The position numbers and the translations under genes were made by a program. The notes below the pieces were generated by a model that was not told the DNA's origin, made no database searches, and saw nothing but the letters and a program-made list of their open reading frames with translations. From a virus (Duplodnaviria; Caudoviricetes): a stretch of DNA of 51,481 bases. Location: positions 1-51,481 of the IMG/VR virus record IMGVR_UViG_3300048576_000578; one strand, 5' to 3'. Of this stretch, positions 45,237-51,481 are shown in pieces (the first letter of the stretch is position 1; each line of letters opens with the position of its first letter).

Positions 45237-45680
45237 ATGAACAACGCAGACGACCCTATCGCCAAGACGATCGCCGATGCGCTCGACCAGGCGCTATCGA
45301 AGGCGGACAGCGGAAAGCGTATGTCTCAATCGGCTCTTTCCCGACTGTCTAAAGTCCCTCAGCCGACCATAAGCAGAGCGCTTTCCGCATTTTCAGTGCC
45401 GGAAATCGACACGATAATCAAGCTATGCGCTGTAATCGGTGACGAGTGGATCTTGTCCACCGGGCTTCCAGGCATTGGAGAAATGCTCGGGACCAGCCAA
45501 AAAACGCCAGCAAGCTTGGCTGCCAAAGAAGACAAGGCGCCCTACAACCATCCGTACCTTGCCCGTGACCAGGACGAACGAGATTTACTCGATACCTGGC
45601 GATCTCGTGATGAGCAGCAGGAAGCCATGTTTCGGACGTTGATGGCAATGTCGGCGAAAATCGACAAAACCGGAACTTAG
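45237..45680 (+). CDS. CI-like XRE repressor without a recognisable S24 peptidase domain
   Basis: MSQSALSRLSKVPQPTISRAL HTH; divergent from cro. Confidence 0.75.
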   Translation: MNNADDPIAKTIADALDQALSKADSGKRMSQSALSRLSKVPQPTISRALSAFSVPEIDTIIKLCAVIGDEWILSTGLPGIGEMLGTSQKTPASLAAKEDKAPYNHPYLARDQDERDLLDTWRSRDEQQEAMFRTLMAMSAKIDKTGT

Positions 45681-45756
45681 ACGGCCCCCACCATAAGCTG
45701 TATGCCATCCGAAAACATGATAACGTTGTTTTCCTGAATAATTTCGAGGCGCCAGG

Positions 45757-46101
45757 ATGAGCAATCAGGTCATGAAGCATTGCAAGGTTTGTGGCGAGGT
45801 GACGATGCATGTTCAACCAGCCACATCGCACCTGCTCCACCTTTTTCTCAGCGTGATGACCGCGGGGCTTTGGATCGTTATCTGGTTTTTTGTTGCCCAA
45901 AGCAACGCATCGCAATCTCAGTGCTCACAGTGTGGAAGTACGCGAGGTCTATTTGGAACGACCCGGAGCGCCGGCTATTCCAAGGCAAATTACGATAAAC
46001 CAACACCGGAAACACACGTCAAATGCCCCGACTGCGCTGAGCTTGTTCGCCGCGAAGCCCGCGTCTGCAAACACTGCGGCTGCAGGCTGATACCGCAATG
46101 A
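45757..46101 (+). CDS. Membrane protein with several Zn-ribbon motifs (immunity-region accessory)
   Basis: CKVC, hydrophobic HLFLSVMTAGLWIVIWF, CSQC, CPDC...CKHC. Confidence 0.7.
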   Translation: MSNQVMKHCKVCGEVTMHVQPATSHLLHLFLSVMTAGLWIVIWFFVAQSNASQSQCSQCGSTRGLFGTTRSAGYSKANYDKPTPETHVKCPDCAELVRREARVCKHCGCRLIPQ

Positions 46102-46424
46102 CCATGGAACAATCCAAATACGCCATTCGCGCCGCCACTGAGCAGCGCTTGATGACCAAAGCCACATTAACCCTTTTGGGCATTTGCACCGGGCTCGTAG
46201 CGGACGGGAAACTGAGCGACGAAGAAATCCGGTTTCTGTCGAACTGGATGCTGGATAACCGCGAAGTCATTGATCATTTCCGAATCCGCCTGGACGGCGT
46301 GCATCCTGGCGCAACGCCGCCGGAAATAACCAGAAACCCTCGTATCAACTGCTCAAGGCCGCCGATGAACACAATTCGGCGCACGGCGCATATTATCGCG
46401 CGCAACTATACATTCGCGTATTGA
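46098..46424 (+). pseudogene. Probably truncated TerB-like/BRCT-domain phage protein (N-terminal part only)
   Basis: LLGICTGLVADGKLSDEEIRFLSNW motif, then the frame loses coding character and runs into the PL region. Confidence 0.45.
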
Positions 46425-46450
46425 CACAGCTATTCGTTGGCGTATAGTTT
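46421..46450 (+). promoter_or_regulatory. PL-like promoter/operator TTGACA-18-TAGTTT driving the early operon
   Basis: TTGACACAGCTATTCGTTGGCGTATAG versus PR TTGACATAGCTATTCGTTCGCGTATAG. Confidence 0.78.
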
Positions 46451-46489
46451 CCGACATGGACGCATCACGCGTCGATATCGGAGACCGAA

Positions 46490-46885
46490 ATGCCCGACAA
46501 GATCATCACCCCGGACAGCCAACTGCGCCGCATCCAGCGCCGGCTGGAAGCGCTCGAGCTTGAGCACCTTCGCCGCTTTGCCAGCCAGCAGGCGGAACGG
46601 ATCGAGGCGCTGGAAGAACGCATCGAGGCACTCACTGATGACGTGATCGCTGCCGACCGTCAAAGCGAATTCTGGCGAGAATCCTGTTTCGACTTGACCC
46701 AAGAGATCGGCAGCGAAGCTGAGGTTGGGATGACCCAGGACGGCCAGATTGGCCTGGTCGACCGCCGCGACTCCCTGATCCGCCGCATCGCCGCCATGAC
46801 GCCGGAAGCCGGCGAAATCGGCCCCGGCATGCTGGCGATGATCGTCAGCGAGGCGCGCGAACTGATCCCGACGCTGGGGCGCTGA
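46490..46885 (+). CDS. Early hypothetical protein (coiled coil)
   Basis: GGAG RBS; first gene after PL. Confidence 0.65.
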   Translation: MPDKIITPDSQLRRIQRRLEALELEHLRRFASQQAERIEALEERIEALTDDVIAADRQSEFWRESCFDLTQEIGSEAEVGMTQDGQIGLVDRRDSLIRRIAAMTPEAGEIGPGMLAMIVSEARELIPTLGR

Positions 46886-46886
46886 A

Positions 46887-47084
46887 ATGGCCACCGCCCG
46901 CAACCCCATCCAGGTCATCAAGGAAGCGAAGCAGATTGCCCAGGACCACGGCTGCTTCGTCGCCGAGAAGGGCGGTGAATTCCTGGTCTATCGGAAGACC
47001 TTCGACCGCAACGTCTTCGTCGGCAAGTGCAAGGCGCCGGAGCGCCTGCGCTCGCTGGTCTGCCGCGTTACTGGGTTCCGCTGA
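46887..47084 (+). CDS. Early hypothetical protein (65 aa)
   Basis: Tightly packed in the operon; GC3-rich codons. Confidence 0.6.
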   Translation: MATARNPIQVIKEAKQIAQDHGCFVAEKGGEFLVYRKTFDRNVFVGKCKAPERLRSLVCRVTGFR

Positions 47085-47415
47085 GCATGTGGTACGCGAT
47101 CTCCAACCAGGATAAGCGCGTCATTGCCATGGCAAACGGCATGTGCCGCTGCAGCGTGCTTGCGCAATGGGCCATGCCATGGGGCACGGCGCCAGAAGGC
47201 GAAACAGCCCCCTATTTCCTCACCACTCGCCCTGGTTTTTTCCGGGCGGTTTTCCCCATCCATCCCGTTAAGGAGTAGTCCATGCGTCTGCACTTATCCG
47301 CCCTGCGCGTCCATCTGGCTCACTGCGCAGCCTATCCGTCCGTCCGCCGCCAGTTCGGCCTGACGTTTTCGCGTACCGGCGTGCCGGGCATTGCCGCAGT
47401 GCCGGGTGGTGCGCA

Positions 47416-47652
47416 ATGACCCGCCGCCGCATCACCCGCTTCATCGCTCGCCTGCTGGCGTACTGGCGGATGCGTTCGATCGAGATCGAGCTGGAGGGCA
47501 AGCTGGAACGCCTGGCCGAAACGCCGGACCCGATTGCCCGCATCGCCCAGAAGGAACGCATCCAGACCCTGCGCGAGCGCCTGAGCCAGGCCCGCAGCGA
47601 CTATCTGTCGCTCTTCCCGCCCGGCGAACGGATGACCTGGAGCAATGCATGA
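47416..47652 (+). CDS. Early hypothetical protein (78 aa)
   Basis: ATGA-coupled to the next gene. Confidence 0.55.
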   Translation: MTRRRITRFIARLLAYWRMRSIEIELEGKLERLAETPDPIARIAQKERIQTLRERLSQARSDYLSLFPPGERMTWSNA

Positions 47653-48035
47653 GCGCCGCTGACGATCATCGCCTGTCGCCGCAGGGCGCGCTGCTCGGCC
47701 TGCCGATGCTGCGCATGAAGAGCGTGCGCATTGCGGATTCGTTCGAGCGCCTGGCGGTGGAAATCCGCTTGCTGCAGGCGAACCTCGACGCCGCACTGGA
47801 TGCGCTATCGCCCCACGGCGCGGCGGCGCTTGATGACTCGGCATTCCGCACCGTCGTCCATGTGCCGCTTGACCCGCTCGAATTCCGGCAGGCCGAGCTG
47901 GCGATCGAAGCGATGCAGGAGGCTGACCCCGACAAAAGCCTCGACGAGTGCGTACAGGAGGTTTTTCTGCGCGGACTCGCCAGTTACGACCCTAGCCACT
48001 GCCTGCGCATGGCCGCAGAAGAGGAGCATTTCTGA
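47649..48035 (+). CDS. Early hypothetical protein
   Basis: ATG at 47649 overlaps the upstream stop; TGATG coupling downstream. Confidence 0.55.
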   Translation: MSAADDHRLSPQGALLGLPMLRMKSVRIADSFERLAVEIRLLQANLDAALDALSPHGAAALDDSAFRTVVHVPLDPLEFRQAELAIEAMQEADPDKSLDECVQEVFLRGLASYDPSHCLRMAAEEEHF

Positions 48036-48859
48036 TGAGCACGCCGAAATCCCCCGAGAACATGACCGAGAAGGTCCTGGACTGGTTTGAACGCAACCCC
48101 ACCGCGAAGACGCGCTGCGGCCCGTTGAGCAAGGCCTTGAAAGCTGACGCCGGACACCTCGCCACGACCCTGAACAACCTCGCTACGCGAGGCCAACTCG
48201 GCCGGGTGCGGGTCAAGGTCGGTAAGGACGAAGGCGGCACCGGCGGCGAGCAGTGGGAATACTTCATGCCCACCGGCGGATTCATCGCACCCGCGCCGAA
48301 GCCCTACCAGCCGCCCAAGGCATTCCGCCGCGATACGTCGCCTGTCGCTGCAGCGCCGGCCGCACCGGCAGCTACTCAGGTCGCCTCCCAGATCGAAGCA
48401 GCTACCAGCGCCACCCATGAAGAGCTGGCGGCTGCCAGGGCAGAAGCTGACACCATCAAGGTGGACATGGCGCAGAAGCTCGCCGACTGCACGGCTCAGC
48501 TGCAGGCTGCAGAGCAGCAGCGTGACGCCCATTTCGACACCGCCCAGGAATACAAGTCGCAGCTCGATATCGCCGAGCGTGCGGTTGAAGCCTGGATCGG
48601 GCTGGCGCGCGACTTCGGGTGCGAAACGCTGGCCGAACTGCGCGAAAAACTCAACACCAAGAGCAACGCGCCGGCAGCCGCTCCCATTGGCTATCTTGTC
48701 CGCGTCCCCAAGCGCAAGCCCCGCCTCCTGACCAAGCAGGAAACCGCGATCGCCTGCGCCAAGGCAGCCGCGAAAGCGGTCGGCCGCGCCGATGTTCTGG
48801 CGCTTGTGCCGGCTGGAACCGCTCGCCGCCGGGCGGCTGTAAACGTCGAATTCAACTAG
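48035..48859 (+). CDS. Early hypothetical protein (wHTH-like N-terminus, coiled coil)
   Basis: GAGGAG RBS; coupled start. Confidence 0.6.
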   Translation: MSTPKSPENMTEKVLDWFERNPTAKTRCGPLSKALKADAGHLATTLNNLATRGQLGRVRVKVGKDEGGTGGEQWEYFMPTGGFIAPAPKPYQPPKAFRRDTSPVAAAPAAPAATQVASQIEAATSATHEELAAARAEADTIKVDMAQKLADCTAQLQAAEQQRDAHFDTAQEYKSQLDIAERAVEAWIGLARDFGCETLAELREKLNTKSNAPAAAPIGYLVRVPKRKPRLLTKQETAIACAKAAAKAVGRADVLALVPAGTARRRAAVNVEFN

Positions 48860-48888
48860 CCATTATCAACGCTCAAAAGGAGCAAACC

Positions 48889-49245
48889 ATGCAGCTTCAA
48901 CTTCCCCCGCTCGCCGCTGAAGAGATCTACATCGGCGCCATCGGCGATGCCGCCGGCAATCTGCACCACGTCATCCTGCTGCCCGGCGACAACGACGACG
49001 CCACCTGGGAAGCCCAGATGGAATGGGCAAAGAGTATCGGCGGCGACCTGCCGAACCGCATCGAGCAGGCCATGCTGTGGGCCAACCACCGCAACCAATT
49101 CCAAAAGGACTGGTACTGGAGCAACGAGACGCACCACTCCGAGTCCGGCTGGGCCTGGTATCAGCGCTTCAGCGACGGCTTCCAGCACGACGGCTACCGC
49201 AGCAACGAGCTGCGCGCTCGTGCCGTCCGCAGATTGCCCATTTAA
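48889..49245 (+). CDS. DGR target protein 1 (118 aa; DUF1566/CLec-like fold)
   Basis: AAAAGGAG RBS; W...W...GGDLPNRIE, WYWS, AWYQ.F..G, RARAVRR motifs; carries VR1. Confidence 0.9.
   Translation: MQLQLPPLAAEEIYIGAIGDAAGNLHHVILLPGDNDDATWEAQMEWAKSIGGDLPNRIEQAMLWANHRNQFQKDWYWSNETHHSESGWAWYQRFSDGFQHDGYRSNELRARAVRRLPI
49138..49236 (+). repeat. DGR variable repeat VR1
   Basis: 99 bp; 12 mismatches to the TR, all at TR adenines. Confidence 0.97.
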
Positions 49246-49269
49246 CCATTCATCCATTTCGAGGCCGTC

Positions 49270-49743
49270 ATGACCACCATCACGCTTGATTTGATCAAGG
49301 CCGAGCATGCCAAGCTGGCCGACCTGATCGCCGCCTTCGAGAAGCAACAGGAACCGTCCGCGCTCTACTTCCCGGAGGTCACCATCAAACTCGCGCCAGG
49401 CGAGCACTACGCCGGAATCGTGCTCGGCAAGGATGGCGAGGCGAGCCATCACCTGGTGCTGCTTCCCGGCCAGGCCGACGACATCACCTGGGAAAACGCC
49501 ATGGACTGGGCCGGCAGGCAGGGTGGCGAATTCGTCGCCAGCTTGCCCACCCGCCGCGAGCAGTCGCTGCTCTATGCCAACCTCAAGGAAGAATTCGAGG
49601 ATCGCGCCTACTGGTCCTGCGAGGCTCACGATTCCGAGTCCGGCTGGGCCTGGTATCAGCGCTGCAACTACGGCCGCCAGCTCACCAGCTACCGCACCAC
49701 CGAGCTGCGCGCTCGTGCCGTCCGCAGATTGGTCATTGAGTAA
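49270..49743 (+). CDS. DGR target protein 2 (157 aa; DUF1566/CLec-like fold)
   Basis: Paralogue of target 1 (LLPG..DD.TWE..M.WA, LPTRREQ, YWS, RARAVRR); carries VR2. Confidence 0.9.
   Translation: MTTITLDLIKAEHAKLADLIAAFEKQQEPSALYFPEVTIKLAPGEHYAGIVLGKDGEASHHLVLLPGQADDITWENAMDWAGRQGGEFVASLPTRREQSLLYANLKEEFEDRAYWSCEAHDSESGWAWYQRCNYGRQLTSYRTTELRARAVRRLVIE
49633..49731 (+). repeat. DGR variable repeat VR2
   Basis: 99 bp; 13 mismatches to the TR, 12 at adenines and one T>G. Confidence 0.97.
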
Positions 49744-49761
49744 TTTAGTCATTTAGTTAGC

Positions 49762-50136
49762 ATGGCCACCCATACCCATCTTCCCATCTACAAGGTCGCC
49801 TATGACCTGCTCGATGTCGTCACGAGTCTCGTCAAGAACATGCAGCGGGACTTCAAGCGCTCCATCGGGGAGAAGATCAGCACCGAGTGCATCGAAATCA
49901 CGGTGCTGATCTTTCGGGCTAATGTTGCCCAGGACAAGGCGACTCACCTGCTGGAGCTGATCGAGCGCCTGCAGGTCGCCGAACTGATGCTGCGCCTGTC
50001 CATGGACAAGCGCCTCATTTCCAAGGCGGCCTACGCCAAGGCGATTGAACTCACCACCAGCATCGGTAAGCAGGCAAACGGGTGGCGCCGCGCCGCACAT
50101 CGCCCGCTTCATGGAGGTCACGGCCGCCATGACTGA
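49762..50136 (+). CDS. avd: DGR accessory variability determinant (Avd, four-helix bundle)
   Basis: LPIYKVAYDL...IGEKI...IGKQANGW; between the targets and the TR. Confidence 0.88.
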   Translation: MATHTHLPIYKVAYDLLDVVTSLVKNMQRDFKRSIGEKISTECIEITVLIFRANVAQDKATHLLELIERLQVAELMLRLSMDKRLISKAAYAKAIELTTSIGKQANGWRRAAHRPLHGGHGRHD

Positions 50137-50277
50137 GCGATCTTTCAATCTGGTCGTGCCGCTGGCTCACGAGGCCACCGCCATGCGCACCACGGATACC
50201 GCCGGCAGCGCGCCGGGCCGGTCCGGCGCAGTTTCCCGGCTGAACGCTCGGCCGGGCGACGTAGAAAGCACGATTGA

Positions 50278-50376
50278 TCCGAGTCCGGCTGGGCCTGGTA
50301 TCAGAACTTCAACAACGGCAACCAGAACAACAACAACCGCAACAACGAGCTGCGCGCTCGTGCCGTCCGCAGATTG
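50278..50376 (+). ncRNA. DGR template repeat TR
   Basis: 99 bp with ten AAC codons in the VR reading frame; upstream GC-rich hairpins at about 50208-50256. Confidence 0.96.
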
Positions 50377-51481
50377 GAGCGCACCCGCTGATTTCACCTT
50401 CCAGGAACTGGCCCAGGCCTACTTCGACTGCCGCCGCACCAAGCGCAATAGCGCCAGCGCGCTGGCCTTCGAAGAGCGCCTGGAGCAGAACCTGCGCAAC
50501 CTTTATGACGAAATGCATGCCGGCAGCTACAAGCCCGGCCGCAGCATATGCTTCGTCATCACCCGCCCGAAGGCCCGCGAGGTCTGGGCGGCCACTTTCC
50601 GCGACCGGATCGTGCATCACCTGCTGCACAACCGGATCGCGCCCAGGTTCTACGCCCGCTTCATCGCCGATAGCTGCGCCTGTATCCCTGGACGCGGCAC
50701 CCTGTACGCCGCCAACCGGCTGGAATCCAAGGTTCGCAGCATCACCCAGAACTGGCGCCGGCCGGCGTACTACCTCAAATGCGACCTCGCTAACTTCTTC
50801 GTCGCGATCGACAAGCGCATTGTCCGCGGACTGCTCGCCAAGCAGATCTCGGAACCCTACTGGATGGCGCTGGCCGAAACGATCCTGTTCCACGACCCGC
50901 GCCAGGACTTCGAATACCGTGGCGACCCAGCCCTGCTGCAGCGCGTCCCGCAGCACAAGCGACTGAGCAGCCAGCCGGCACATTGCGGCCTGCCGATCGG
51001 CAACCTCAGCAGCCAGTTTTTTGCCAACGTCTATCTCGATGTGCTCGACCAGTACGTCAAGCACGGCCTGCGCTGCCGGCATTACATCCGTTACGTCGAC
51101 GACTTCGTACTGCTGCACGAATCGCCGCAATGGCTCAACGACGCCAGGATCAAGATCGACAGCCTGCTGCAAGAAAAGCTGGCGGCGCGCCTCAACCCCA
51201 AGAAAACCATCCTGCAGCCCATCGAGCGCGGCATTGATTTCGCCGGCCAGGTGATCAAGCCATGGCGCCGCACGCTGCGCCGCAGAACGTTCAATGAAGC
51301 CATCAGCCGAATTCGCGCCACGGCGGCCGCCAATCTGTTCGAGACGGCAAACAGCTACTTCGGCCTGCTGCGCCAGGCAACACACAGCCACCACGACCGC
51401 ACCTGCCTGAGCAATGAACTGCGCAAACGCGGCCACAGCATCAAATCCGACCTGACCAAGACCTACCGGAGCCCGTCATGA
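50360..51481 (+). CDS. DGR reverse transcriptase (start uncertain: GTG 50360, or ATG 50129/50183)
   Basis: FRDRIVH, LKCDLANFF, GLPIGNLSSQFFANVYL (DGR-type SQ), YIRYVDDF, GIDFAG motifs. Confidence 0.95.
   Translation: MPSADWSAPADFTFQELAQAYFDCRRTKRNSASALAFEERLEQNLRNLYDEMHAGSYKPGRSICFVITRPKAREVWAATFRDRIVHHLLHNRIAPRFYARFIADSCACIPGRGTLYAANRLESKVRSITQNWRRPAYYLKCDLANFFVAIDKRIVRGLLAKQISEPYWMALAETILFHDPRQDFEYRGDPALLQRVPQHKRLSSQPAHCGLPIGNLSSQFFANVYLDVLDQYVKHGLRCRHYIRYVDDFVLLHESPQWLNDARIKIDSLLQEKLAARLNPKKTILQPIERGIDFAGQVIKPWRRTLRRRTFNEAISRIRATAAANLFETANSYFGLLRQATHSHHDRTCLSNELRKRGHSIKSDLTKTYRSPS

Larger units (their letters stand above)
24435..51481. mobile_element. Prophage segment B: lambda-like head, lysis, fibre, anti-CRISPR island, replication, immunity, early operon with DGR; no tail tube/tape measure; probably extends beyond window
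   Basis: Nu1-GpA-gpW-portal-S49-gpD-gpE order, cro/cI switch, primase-VapE. Confidence 0.85.
48889..51481 (+). mobile_element. Diversity-generating retroelement: target1-target2-avd-TR-RT
   Basis: Two VRs differing from the TR almost only at adenines; Avd; RT with DGR-type motif. Confidence 0.96.

Noticed and set aside
50045-51481. RT as a group II intron, retron or Abi RT
   Set aside because: TR/VR pairs, avd and the LPIGNLSSQ motif identify a DGR RT.
1-51481. attL/attR, tRNA, rRNA and IS elements
   Set aside because: None could be supported by eye; prophage ends probably lie outside the window.

Overview
The whole 51.5-kb window is prophage DNA from a GC-rich bacterium and appears to be two phage genomes joined at about 24,434. 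Left part (1-24,434): a tyrosine integrase facing a podovirus-like virion operon with P22-type portal, scaffold, DUF4043/N4-gp56-like capsid, M15 endolysin-holin-Rz/Rz1, adaptor/tail and large ejection proteins. It has no terminase or replication genes in the window. Right part (24,435-51,481): a lambda-like element with Nu1/GpA terminase, putative cos, gpW, portal, S49 protease, gpD, gpE, a holin-lysozyme fusion and a fibre gene, but no tail tube or tape measure. It also carries a primase-VapE replicon, a cro/cI switch and an early operon ending in a complete two-target diversity-generating retroelement (DGR). The most striking feature is an anti-CRISPR island at 33,538-35,595 inserted among the head genes. 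A palindrome-operated sigma70 promoter drives an unknown small gene, an AcrIF24 homologue, a second unknown small gene and then four degenerate type I-F CRISPR repeats at an exact 46-bp period (18-nt spacers), closed by a terminator. This is a candidate multi-unit RNA anti-CRISPR / crRNA-mimic array, followed by a 5'-truncated aca2-like remnant. Protein family calls come from motif recognition and memory, not database searches; base-composition remarks are by eye.
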